DNA from: Marsupella aquatica
Taxonomy: Eukaryota > Plantae > Marchantiophyta
DNA length: 64,000 nt
Assembly (NCBI GenBank): GCA_973895155.1
Contig: OZ316897.1
Location: forward strand, 8,145,832 to 8,209,831
Direction: 5' to 3'
The stretch's first letter is position 1. Every line of letters starts with the position of its first letter. Of the stretch, positions 49,428 to 62,550 are shown piece by piece. The notes beneath the pieces were generated by a model. The model did no database searches. It worked only from the letters and a program-made list of their open reading frames with translations, and was not told the origin of the DNA. Both the position numbers and the translations under genes were made by a program.

Positions 49428-49825
49428 AGGATTTTAGTTGTCCCATTCTTTCTGGGCTTGCCCAGGCTGTGTTGCTCCGATGCTCAAGGTGATTTGTTTC
49501 CTATATGAAATAAAATAGGCAGGGTTTCCCCCCATCCAAGGTGGTACTTCGGTTGTGCATTATGCCCTCTTGGATGGGTTTTTTTCTTTCTGCTTCCCCC
49601 ACCCAACCCCATGAAAAAGTCAGATAAGCGTCAGCCCCTTGTCTTTCATCCCCGTCCTGACTATCAAAGATTTTTAGTTCTTCCAATTTTTCTGTGCTTG
49701 CCCAAGCTGTGTTGCTCCGTTGAAATTCAAGCTCATGATTTTTTCCATCTTTGCAATGAAATAGGCAGGGTGTTAAGGTGGTATTTCAGCTCTGCAACAT
49801 CCCCTCTTGGGTGGGATTTCCTTCG
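49428..49825. repeat. ~240-bp-period diverged duplication
   Basis: gatttt..agtt..gcttgccca.gctgtgttgctccg..aataggcaggg..aaggtggta at ~49430 and ~49668. Confidence 0.8.
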
Positions 49826-52800
49826 TGCTCTCCTAGCCCGAAAAAAGAAACGGGAACAAAATGGAAGGAAATGAAAGGAACGAACCAATAATGGGCAATC
49901 AGTGTTGGATTCTCTTAAAGTTCATGTACATACATATTTATGTATTTGCTACCAAGTATTGATTATCCGTCTTATAAGACTTCAGGTGTCATCACTTTCT
50001 TCCGAATAATTAAAAGGAATGTGTGTTGGAAGTGGTCCATGCTCGTGGCCCATATAAATGGGTGGACCTTCTCAAGGGCCTCAAGCGATTAAATGAACGC
50101 CACAAAATCTCATGATGAAAGCTCAAACCCTCGTGTGGAGTACGTAGATGGTCCCCCCCCCCCTCCCAACATTCCATCCTTGGTTTATGACTCTATCTCA
50201 TCACATTTGGTAGGTATAAAGTTTTTAACTTTCCAAGGAAGAAACAAATTAAATCAGACTTAGGAGTGGGTACTCATTCTTGCAACATGGATATGGAGAA
50301 TACATAATTATATACTATATTTCTAAATTTTATTGCTGGATTCTTGAAGGGCGCTTAGGATCCCCCATCCGTCCTGCCTCTTACTCTCACTAAAAATGGG
50401 TAGCCACATTTTGAACCATGAGGAAAGCTGAAGCATTGACTGTACTCACCACAGCAGCTGCAGACACGTTTTATCTTGGCTGTCAGTCAGTCAAGGCTTC
50501 AGTTGAGTGTGGAATTTGAGATAACTGGATTTATCTTGTCTTTGTGTTTTGCATCCAAATTGGGGAGCTTTTGAGTATCATTGTTGTCTAAGGTCATGTT
50601 TATCCTTTGAAAGAGAGAAACCCATCACCCGTCCAATCTTTCTTGCTTAAGCAGTTTAAGAAGACCAGATGCTCTTGTTGTGTGTGACATTGAATTAATA
50701 TGAATGTTGCACTTCTCAGAGTCTAGGTTTTTCTGGTTCTCCTTCCTCTATCCAGCCTAACTTGGCGGGTCCTTGTCTTGCATAATTCTAATTAAGGGCT
50801 TCCTTGCAGCCATTCATGCATATGTGCATAATCCCGCTGCTATTTGCAATTGTCATAGCACTCCCAGGATTGCAACAATTCCATGTGTATGTCTACGTTA
50901 AGCATATTTAGTGTGCATTCCAATAATTGAACCATTTGAACAAACGACTCTCACAATGAGTCAAATTGACTCTCCCCCATCTCACGTATTCCCCCAAAAT
51001 GGCATCTACAGCTCATTCCTTTCATCAAAGAGAATATATATGATGAGTTATCGAGTATCAGGATAAGTGCAAGGTCAAGAAAATGTGAACTCCATTATAG
51101 AGAGAGCTTTGGGGTTGGTTTGTATGTATTCTTAGCATTTGCAAGAAGCCACTCTAGATGGACAATCAGTTGGGATTGCTTTGTAATCATTGATCCATTT
51201 TCTAGTGGGAGGAATGGAGCTTGTGACTAGCCATCATTTCTTGTACAAGCGATATGTTTATCAAATCTCAGAACAATGAACCTTAGGCAACACTTGTTTA
51301 GTATAGCTGCTTTCATAAAATATTGGTCTACTAGCTTACGTTTTGGGTTCTGTTCCTAGTCCTTGACTGAACTTAGTGCAGTATGGGGCCTAAATAATGT
51401 AACCTATGTTGGAGGGTAGGGTAGCATACTCAGGATGAATATGGCCATTATTCCCAAATATTCAGGAAAGGACCTAATACGGACGTGTACCAATACACTT
51501 TAGAGATATGGTATTAGCAAAGGCTTTACTCATGCAGGGCAAGCATTCTGTAGCTTTTATGGGCATAAATCTCTTTGTGAGTCTTGACTTTCTGAGGATG
51601 GATAATTTTTCATCTTAATTATTTTCCCAAGATGTTTGTGGCATGGTGTTGGGAGTAAGACTGGACTTATATCAGGAAAATAGAGCCACCTGGGGTTGCT
51701 TAGGACCTGTGCAAAAAATTAGTTATATTTCATCTCAGTGAACCGCAAAGCCATAAGATTATTCTCCTGTTTTCAATTTAAAGTCCATGCAATCACTAAA
51801 AATTCAGAACTCGCACTAGGATGCTTAGATTATTCCTAAATTTGGCGATTAAATTCTTTAACTTGAACTAGATATTTTGTTAGTAGGGTCCAAAATTTTC
51901 ATAATTGATTCTTTATTGCCTGAACCTGAATGGCACCACGGTAGTACATTCTGGGGTAAAGTGGAGGAGTGAGGTTTCCCATGAGTGATGGGATGTACAG
52001 TAATTTCCAACTTACGGTACTGAAAGCGAATATACAGTCCATACTCAAATTTCAGGGTACATGTAAGTCATGATTATTGTACTTATATCCTCTTAGTCCA
52101 TACGAATTTACAGTCTTGTACTTTCCCATTTCACACTCACTTACCCTGAATCACCTTCTCGTACCCAATTATACTTTAACACCAACACTCAAGCCACTTC
52201 GTATTCATCGATTGGCATGATGGTACTACTAGCCTTGCCCTCGAGTGGAACCCATCATCTGCCCCAATATTGAACAAGATCAGTATCATGGGATAGAAAA
52301 TATATTTGACTCTTCTAAGAACAAAGAAACACAGGGAGATAAGACCCCAAGGCAGGAGTCCCATTAGAGGGGAGGAAACAAGGGAAAAATCCCACATGAC
52401 AAACGAGCCAAAAAGACATGGAGGCCCACACAACGGAAAGCCACTCAAGCCCCACTTAACAAGTAAACTGAAAAGCCTGGTAAACCTCATGAGTAAACTT
52501 CATAGGAGTCACAAAGGGGAATTTCTCTAGAGATGAAAATATGTTTGTTGTTGGAATTTTCCTCAGAGAATATATTTAAAAAACTGTTTTTTTAATTGTA
52601 GCCTTCATCCTGTCTAACATTATCTCCTTCAGGGGTAAGTCTCTCTGGTCACCATTGGAGTTGAAATGTAGGGTTTTCCCACTGGGCCAATTGAGTGACA
52701 TATAAGGTTGTGTGCAAATAGTGGGTACCTCATGGATTACCATGCAGTCTTTAACTGTGTCTCATATTCTTTAGTTCGCTTCCAGGATGGATTGGGTAAG

Positions 52801-53081
52801 GGAGAACCAAAAATAACAGTGTTAGACAAAAGCGTAGTCCACATCCTGATAGACCTACTGCATTGTCCCACATTTCAAAGCACCTCAGACATTATTGAGG
52901 AAAACACCTTCACTCAAGAGCATGGCCTTGAGGGACATGAAACCAAAAAAGAAGGCCATAGTTGTGTTTCAATTTGTGAGATCCAGCTAAGGGTAAACTT
53001 AATCTGGTGAAATTTCTTAAGGCTGCATGTTTGGTATACAACCCACCTCTCAAGTGACATATGCGGAATACATTGGGTCCA

Positions 53082-53183
53082 TCAATGAAGAACCTATGTG
53101 GGAATTGTCAGTTTGCTAAGGAATCACTTAGCAAACTGAGCAAACTTAGCAAACTGACAATTCCCACATAGGTTCTTCATTGA
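53082..53183. repeat. Perfect 39-bp inverted repeat with a 24-nt spacer
   Basis: 53082-53120 (tcaatgaagaacctatgtgggaattgtcagtttgctaag) is the exact reverse complement of 53145-53183. Confidence 0.97.
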
Positions 53184-54889
53184 AAATCTGTCCCAAAATG
53201 AAGAACTCTTTGCAAAAAAATACATTGAAAATCTGTCCCAAAATCTTTCTATGTTTCCTGGGACGAGAAATTTCCAGAACATTGTTCACTAATCTCTAGT
53301 TTCACTCAGATATCACTTGAAGGCCCGGACTTTAAAAAAGCTTCCACATTCATTGAACTTAATCACTAGATATTCCCCCCTTGCTTTGATCTCTAACCTC
53401 TCCAAAATGATGTGTTGTTATACCACCTTCAAATTTTCAACCATTTACTGGAGCTTGTGACATGGGGCTGCATCTATAGTAAATGGGAATGCAGACCAGG
53501 ATAGAGTCTGTCTCTCCTGACTGTCATTGATACCAAATATGGCAACCAAGATAATGAAAATGGACTCTGGTTGCCTCTTACTTAGGGGCTGGGGCCACCA
53601 TTGGGAAGTAGGTCTACTAGGTTATCTCCATCTGGGCTCCTACTCAAAGTTCTGGATTTATGGTCCATCTTGTAACTCTATGACCCTAGTTTAGGATTTT
53701 AGAAAATGTGGGTAGCCAGCATCAACTACAGTAGCCCCTGATAAGGCCTCAACTCAGACTCATATGTATCCATTTTCCTTTATTCTCACTCAATCTTCGC
53801 TGCAGACTTAGCAACTTAGTATGTGCCCTTCAAGTGGAACTTTTTGGATTTCTGGTTTCCAAATTTCTGGACCCACGCGTAAATTTAATTGAGAGTTGTG
53901 ATGTATAATCAGGATTGCACTCCAGCAACTTTTAACTAAAGGAAGACCTTAATCTGGCATGGCCAAGTTTTGGGATAATCTAATAACTTCATTTCTGTGA
54001 CCCAATGGATAAGGCACTATTCCAAGTTTTGGACTCTCTAATGTCTTGCTTTTTTGTAACCAACGGATAAGGCACTATTCCGGATTCCATTAAGTGGCAG
54101 TACCCATTAAATGCGTTTTCAATAATTTCTGATCCGGAATTACGGTGTCCCTATCCTTAGTGGCTCCAAACTTCGAAAAAGGTCTTTAAGGAAAGTAGTA
54201 GTTGATTCAGTTGAAGACTTGAAGGAAAATGCAATCCGCTAATTATTAAGTTTAATGCGCAGAATTTATTTGCATTACGGTATTTATCTCCAGCACAGTC
54301 TCCAAAAAGATACATGTCGAGAGTATTGTCCCAGAATAGACACGACAGTCCCGACAGAGGACCACTTCATAACTAACCCAGGTCAGCCTAATTATTTTGG
54401 AGTAAAAAACCCAATTACCGTCGTACAGGTTTTACCGCTCTTCCGGGCGGCAAGCGAAACTTTATTATTGGTGCCGTGAATTCCTGCCTGCCCGGGCCGC
54501 AAGCCGGCTATAATGGCCGAGGACCGACAAAGATATCCGGGTACTTGCACCTCCCTAACTTTAGCGATGGCCTCCATTATTAGCAGACTTCGTTTCGAAA
54601 TACTTGACCGACAAAGATACGGTATTGGCTTTTTTGTAGGCGACCGGTTTTTCTAATTTCTCAGTTTTTCAACGGCATTTCAAATACATCATTTTCTTTG
54701 ACTTTGAGGGAAGATATTATTAACGTGTCAAACAAACAAAATATATTCAAAATCGTATAAGCACTTGCCAAATATAAGCATCTCTTGTCTGCAAGTGAAA
54801 AGAATTAACCCCGGGAAAGGGAGACCACCTCAAACCATCTGTTCACCGGCCCGTCCATCCATCCATCCGCCCCGTCCATCTATCCATCC

Positions 54890-55745
54890 ACCCGTCCGTT
54901 GCTCACAAAAGGGAAGCAGGAAGGGAAAGGGATGGAGAGTTGAGTACCATGTACATTGGTGGGCACCAAGATTTTGGGCTTGCACTGGGACTTTGAAAAT
55001 GGGGTGAATCCACGTCAGAAAATAGCCCAAAGTATCAAAATCAGAAATGTGCTTACAAGTCAATGGATCTTTTCTTAAATCTGTCAAACACACCATCTAA
55101 GGACTTACCAAACATAATGATTCCTTATCTACAAATGGAAACAAGAAATGCTGCCCTTCTCAAAACAAAACAAATGAAATGAAAACATGATGAACTCGAC
55201 CAAAGGGAGTCTCTAGAGAGCCAAAATGGCTGTCACTCCATCCACTTGTTGCAGATGGGCACTGAGTGAAGGAAAAGGGGTGGAGAGGCTGGCCAATCAC
55301 GGTTGTGAGCAAAGGATACAAGACTGAGCAGAGAGGACCCAAGCTTGTGAGATTGAGCTAGGCTTGTTGAACTGAGACTTTGAAAATAGGGTGAATGCAT
55401 GCCATGCAGTAGCCACAGTTTCAAAGACAAAAATGCGTTGTGCTTTGAGGGAAAATTCTTTCAATCTGTCAAACATACAAAGGAGTTGCCAAACAGAATG
55501 ATTTGGTCTCTCAAGGCAAATCAAAGACAAAAGAGGCTTGCCAAGACGAGGGAGATTTAGACAGCTATATGGCTGTCCTTGCATCCGTCTGTCTTCCGCA
55601 GAAGGGGTTAGGGACAATGGGGGAAGAGGCTTGCCAGTCATGCATGTGGGAAAGGATACGAGGGTGGGGCATGGAAAACCCAGGCTTGTTGCACTGCAAC
55701 TTTGAAAACAGCCCTAGCACACATGATGCAGTGGAATGATGGAAG
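54890..55745. repeat. Diverged ~340-380-bp tandem repeat x3
   Basis: ggcttg..actg..actttgaaaa at ~54977, 55361 and 55683. gaggct.gcca.tca and aaaggatac are shared by copies 2 and 3. Confidence 0.65.
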
Positions 55746-57419
55746 ACCCAAGCAAAGGCAACATACCAGCAAAATGGGTTTAATGTCACCAGCACGCTAA
55801 ACCCATATCGCTGTGTATGTTGCCTCTGCTTTGGTACAAAACAGGACTATGTAGAGAAGGAATCCAGACCCTTCTCAATTATCCTCCCTCCAGCTTTTCC
55901 AGTGATATGTATTTAGTAGTATTAAAATGGAAAGAACCTTTACAATGCAAAAAGCTTCCATTTCCTGAGATAAGTTTTGTTAATCCCCAACTGGCTCCAC
56001 TCCTAGCCTGGCTAGAGATTTTTTGTGGAATTCTGTTTGCCAAAAACTTACTTGGAAAAAGTGCTGCCAAACAGTACTGGAGAACAACTTGTCAAGAAAT
56101 CTATGCCGTCCACCAGACTTGAATCCACCGTGAGAGAGGGTTTGTCAGAAAGTGCTATACAATGAACTAACAACCACTGTACAAGTATGACTTATGTACT
56201 CCCATAATCCACCAAAGTTCCTGTACTTCCTGAGCTACTGTAGGTCCCAATTGGCTCATTCTGAAAAACAAGAAAAACATGGCTGGCCTAGGCCTTCAAT
56301 TTCATATCTCTACTATAGCTAGCAGTAGCGACAAGATGTAAGTCAACCCAACTGTTTTCTTTGCACAAGACCAGCAATTTACTAAACCACAAATTCGGGT
56401 TTAAACTACTTGGGTACCCTATAGTACTCAGCTCACGTATACTGTAATAGTTATTACAAGAGAAGATATGGTATTTGATTAAAAAATTTGATTAATTTCA
56501 TGTAATTAGTTCACTGGAAGGACCATCTACAGCTTAAAACTGCTGCACAGAAAACTGCATCTTAAAATAGTTTATGTTCTTAGAAAAATCTTAAGGTTAC
56601 AATCATGGTCCTATAGGAAGAGAGTGGGAGGGCCTCCTTGGTGGGTCAAATGTTCACCTAGACAATATTGAACAGGGTAGTTCAGGGGTAGGGCCCCTTT
56701 TATAGTGGGCAAGGAGAGCATTTCTGGTTGTCATTGAAATGACAGAGGTTTTACCACAAAAGAATTGGTTGAACTTTAGTTGAGTATTGCTATGGGGACC
56801 CAAAATGGCGCCCACTGTCCAGGTGAATTGATTGTCATCAATTATGTCTGTGCATTGTGACCACATAGATTTGGTAACTGGCCTGGTTACTATTCATGGT
56901 GAGAAAAGAAACAATTAAAAATATTTTTGTCATAATAGGCTTGGTCACCTGAGTAAGAATAACTATTCGTACAACATATAATCGCAAAAAAATCTACTTA
57001 GAATAAGGGCTATAGTCTAGAGGGAACTCTCTAGACTGTGACTCTGGCCAGGCACGGGCAGAAATCTACCACTAATTGGATGGGAAATGAAACAATTTTC
57101 TTTGAGTTCTCACAATTATTTAGTTCCAAAGGACGGGCATGAGGCTAGTGGAACATAAGACTAACACTAGTTAGGAGTGCTCAAAATGCTCTGGTACTAA
57201 GAACATTTAACGGCTAAAGCAAGTTTTATTTGTACCATTTTTATGAAAGTAGAGGAGCAATTTGATAATGGGTCCACCAAATGTTGACTTGCAGTGTAAA
57301 ATTACAAGAGAAAAATTATGAAAGACACCAAGCTTTAATAAACAGTAAGTGTATAGTTGGGCCTTGGGCGTTCCTTGCTTGCATAAACCCTAAACTTTTC
57401 CCCTTAAAGTTCTTGAGGT

Positions 57420-58570
57420 TTTCTGTTTTTCACTAGCCACTTAGCCACCTAGTGACTGACCCACTAGCCAGAATCTAGCTGTTTAATTAATCTAGGAAAG
57501 TTTGATAATGAATCTTCTCCTTCATACTGAAAAAAAACCAGAACAGTGTGAAAATAGCCTGCATTTGGGGATTGATATAAATATTCTGTTCTAGTCAAGA
57601 CAGATGTACTCTTCCAGCCATTGCATCCGCATTCTTTCAGTGGCAGAAATTTACTAGATTCCAAGTCTCTGAAAATTCTTGAGGTTCTCTGTTTTCCAGT
57701 AGCCAGTTTCCTACCTAGTGACATACCACATAAGCCAGCTTCTACTGACTCCTGTCACTTTCAGACAAAATCTTCAGGCTGTCTGTTTTCCATAACCCAG
57801 TTTCTTACCTAGCTACATATACCCCATTAGCCAGAATCCTAGCATTTTCTCTTCACGCGGAAAAACAGGAGAACATTATTCAAGCTGCTTTTGGGGTGTT
57901 GCTTGCTTGCATCAAAATATCATATATCTCACGATGTCAAAAAACAAAAGGCACTCTTCAAGGAGACACAATTCCATGGACAGAGGTATTGTGCAATGCA
58001 AGTGAACTCGGGAATTGCTGCTAAGAAGGAGAGTATTGCTAGAAAATAACAAGTGAATCTTATGTAATTAATGGTAATTCTGTACTTCTGGTGCATTCCT
58101 AAGATTTTAGTATCCAGGTTTTGGCTATCTAGGGACTAAGTTGCTAGCAAAGGCACATTCTGTCTTTGGAGCAGGAATATTTTTCATCCTTATAAGCATT
58201 TTTTCCTTTCTGCTCTCATGCTACAATTTTCACTAAAGAGACAAAAGACCCACTAAAGGGAAGACCACCACACAAAAGGCCTTACATACAAAGGCCACAA
58301 ATTCTCCCTATAATGAATCCAAAATTTCCCATTAGCCAGAAAATACAGTCCCTTGTCCGTTCTGGAAAAAGTGTTATGTTTCCCAGGAGGCAGTTTTACA
58401 CCTACACACCGCAATAGCCAGAATCCCAGCGTCTTCTCCTTCACACTGCAAAAAAAGGGAAACTAAACAGAAAACAGGTTGTTTTGAGGTATTGTTTGCT
58501 CACACCTAATATAACCTAGATATTATTTATTTATATCACATTGTCAAGAAAACAAAAGACCCCATCAGAG
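57420..58570. repeat. Degenerate repeats (tagccagaatc..agc; ctgtttt..agcc/accc..tacctag)
   Basis: tagccagaatc at ~57465, 57828 and 58415. ttcttgaggtt.tctgtttt occurs twice; gtcaa.aaaacaaaag..ggagacac-like motifs occur twice. Confidence 0.65.
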
Positions 58571-61500
58571 AGACACTTTCCCATCCACACAAGTCTCAAT
58601 CTTCTTTGTTTTGCCTCTGGCTGTGGTCAAGGTGCATTTTCTCAACAAAAAAAAGGCTTACACAAAATGCTTGTACACAAACTCATGACCACTGACCAAA
58701 AATGATAATGTCGGGACAAATTTTCTCCATGGACGTGAGTATTTGAGACACTCTAATAAAACCCAAGCAAAAGAAAAGATGACCTAGAAAAAACATCATA
58801 AATAAAGGCCCCAAAGTCGACCTATGTTCCGTTCTATCACAGAGACAAATATACTCTACATCCACAGCACACCGTGATAGCGATGCGGGCCACCGCTGTT
58901 GGACACCCTGTGCCTGCAGGGCAGCGGCAAGTGGCCGTGAATGCATGTATGGAGCGTATTTGTATCTCACCCGTATTAGTGTACACCTACATTCATTCAT
59001 GACACTCATACGTATTTATATGCATGTATGTATATGTCAAGGATGTGCAGGATGCTATTCCATAGGCTGAGAGATTGCTCTGCTTTTATCCTACGGGCAT
59101 GCATCGGGCAATCATCAAACATACGTCCCAACTCTCGGGGGACAGGGGCAGTCCGGTCATCCGGTCAAGAGAAGCTTTTTTTTATAAAGTAAAATTTTCT
59201 TTGTCGGATTTCTGAAATTCAGTCCTAAGCGGAAAAGAGAATGACAAGCACGGACAGAGATAGAGGTTTCTCAAGGTGCTAGGATGGCCTCGGAACCCGG
59301 TTAGACACAGACCAGACATCGGAGTAGATTCCCATAACACTTTGTTTACAGAAATTTCAAAATGTTTTTTTTCTTCCTGCTTTTTCCTGTCTTTAATTTG
59401 ATGGGAAGCTCCTATTTACTTCTCAATATCCATGTTGGAAAATGGTTTTTGATATTGACCACAATGTATAACCAAGAGTTTCTTTTCCGTTAAAATCAAC
59501 CGCATGAATTGAGAGAAAAAGTTCAGAAATGCCCTTTTTTAAGAGTTTGAGGATGTGTTCACTCACTCAAGTGGGACAACAAAAAAAGAAGTTTTGAGGA
59601 TACTAATGCTGAGCATATGATAAGCACCTTGAATCCAGATTTAAGATTACCATCCTCGTTCACAAGCATGGTCTAAATGTCAAAATTTAAATCTCCTGAT
59701 GAGGTCATGCATGTACATTAACTCTGAATTACATTACTCTCATTTTTTTGGTAATATTAAATTTTACAAAATGCTGCCATATCTGAATAAAAATCATGGC
59801 AGTTTTGTACTATTTATATATTTAAGCAGTTTTGTAATAAACAAAAATCATGGCAGTTTTTTTGTTTATGGTTACCCTGGCAAACTAGTTCTCCAGGTAA
59901 CTTGTTCATTGCATTTTGTCCACATTATAAAACCATACCAATATTATTAGTATTAAAAAACCAATAGTAATATTGTGATTCGAGACAATCCTAGTGACAA
60001 AATACTTAAAAGCTGATATTATAAATGTGTTTCTCTGGCATGGCCTCCACCTATGGACTGCCGCACCATTCCACCTAGGAATTTTTATTTATAAGAGCAC
60101 ACCATCCAGGCAAAAAAAGCCAGCTAGAGTCTTGCTGTTGCTGGGGAAAGTAGCCTGAGAAAGGTTGGTGAGCTAACCCAATTGCTTGGCTTGTCTTTAC
60201 TCCTCTGGCTATGCTCATTTGAAGGCTAAGGCTAAACAATAGTGGTACTGCTAGGCACCCCCCTAGGGTGAAGTTTTCGAGGGCATGAAACTCAGCCAGT
60301 CCTGCAGAGCGAAGCAAGATAATAATCTTGGGCACTTTGCAAGGCAAAGTGTGTCACGTAAGGGCAGGTCAAGGGCGGGCAGCTAGCTACTGTACAGATT
60401 CCCTCCATCATGAATTAGTGGAATGGTGGATCACAAAGGCTGATCATGTAATCTCCTAAAATTCCAGGTTTTCTCTTTGTGAATGCACCCAGAAATGGAG
60501 ATGTTATGTTCGAATCTTGATTGTCACCAGAAACAAATATATCTAATAGTTTCTGTCTCTAATTGTACACATGCAAGTATCAGTTATTGCAATTGCTAAC
60601 ATAAGGAACATTTATTTGATAAGTGCAACAGACAACTTCATAGAGTAGTTTCACAAACTCAGTTTTAATGTTGTTTCTTTTCAACTTTGTGTGAAGATGA
60701 AGATGCTATGAATAATCCGTATGTGATTTTCCTTGATTGATTTGACAATCAGATTTCCTTTGATTTAAAGATGTACCTTAGATTCTGACCATTCGGGTGG
60801 TGGCTAGGTGGGAAACTGTCTAATGTACGACAAAAAATGTAGCAAAGTATTGCAAAAAATATATACTTTTTAGAAATGTCAAATCTAGCCAAATTTTGCC
60901 ATTAAAAAATGGCGCCGGTATGAAGCTCTGGGTTACTAGTTAAAAAAGAAAACTAAAAATTAAAACTCAGGGCTCCAGGCTCCTCTAACAACAATGATGA
61001 CGTATTCAGTGACTGCACTTTGAAGCCAGAGAGGCCAACTGATAACTCTTAAGAAGGACTCCCCATTAAAGACCTCTCTTATTATTAAAGAACCTAATGT
61101 CAGTCCAAACGACCAGATGCGAGGGCAACAGAGGATTGACATCAGTTGTGACCTCACAGCCTCACCGACTGTAGCTCAGTTAATATATCCTTGGTTTATA
61201 GTTCTCTCCCATTAGAAACGCCTTTGAATAATTGGGTTTTTAATTCTTACTGAAAACACGACCCAAAACCAAGTGACATCAGCTCATATTTTATTTTTCC
61301 AAATCTTCTTCCCTCTACCACAATTATTGAACGCTTTTACTGTCACTTACTGTAGATGTGCTGCTCCAAAATCCAAAAAATATGTATATAAACCAGAGTT
61401 GCTCAGCTCCCTCTTCTGCAATATCCTTTTCAGTACTAAATTTCAGGGCATAGGACTTCAAGAAGCTCAAGTCAGAAATGGGAGTATCAAGAGAATGGAC

Positions 61501-62418
61501 GTATCAAGAGAATTTAGGAATCCAGGATAGATTTTACTTATTTTGCGTCACTCCCAGTAGTACTTGCAGGGGTTTACACATACATGTTCCTTTTTGGGTT
61601 GAGAGAGTGTATATGCCCAAAGCTCATTCGTCCATGTGGCAGATTTATTATGTCACCTGCAGAAGAATGCAAAGCTCTAGTTTAAGGAGTTAATTTTGGT
61701 GATGGTTTAGGTCGTGAAACCCCTGTTCAAGCTTGAGAGACATTTAAGATGGATGCTTTGTCTCGTTCTGTCCATGTCTCTCTAAAAAATAGTGGAAATG
61801 TTTTCTATACAGAGTAAAGTTGTGCTTGTTTGGTCCATGAAAGAGTTTCCAAATCTTTCGCGTCACTCAGTTTAAGTACATAATTTATTGACAATGTTTC
61901 AAAATGATCTTGAAGACTTGACTATGAGGCTGTTTTAGCATAGCTCAAGTGGGACTTAATATGATATGGTAGAGTCCTCAAAAAAATTCTTTATAGGCTT
62001 TGCAAGGACCCCCAAATATTTTAATACTTATGTTTATTTTGGGCTAGCCTAGAGTCATTGTGGTAATATATTTCACAGGGAATTCTCTAGAGTAACCACT
62101 AACATTCTTTCCCAAAATGACAATAAAATGTGTCTCTCTCATCATGAGAGCAGTACGTAATCTCGAAGCAGAGGGTTTGGTTTTGCTACTGGTTCAATCC
62201 GGCCCACCTTTCTTCAAGTAGAGCATTTCCTCAGGGTAGCGGATTCAATCTAGAAAACTTCATTTATGCACCTTAGTCAACATCATATCAAACAGACAGA
62301 TATCGGCATACAAAGGACAAGTGAACGACAAACTTATGAGAGATATCCAATAAATTCAAAGTTCGTCCAGCAAGCTAGATATGAAAAGGTAGCTTGAACT
62401 TAAAAGATCCCTCCAAAC

Positions 62419-62550
62419 ACCCCTAAATTGAAATGTTTTACTTGATAGACCCCATGAGACCCCATGAACTTTAGGGTACATTGATTTGAGATCTATCAAT
62501 GATCTGGATCACTCATGGGTCTATCAAGAAACACTCTGCATTTTAGGGGT
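62419..62550. repeat. Imperfect ~40-bp inverted repeat (MITE-like), with a diverged copy near 63600-63745
   Basis: acccctaaattgaaatgttttacttgatagaccccatgag pairs with the reverse complement of ctcatgggtctatcaagaaacactctgcattttaggggt. tgatctggatcactca and ggggtccatcaa recur at 63690-63742. Confidence 0.65.

Noticed and set aside
52255-53760. Possible LINE 3' end and C-terminal remnant on the - strand
   Set aside because: The composition is suggestive, but no ordered set of motifs could be read with confidence.
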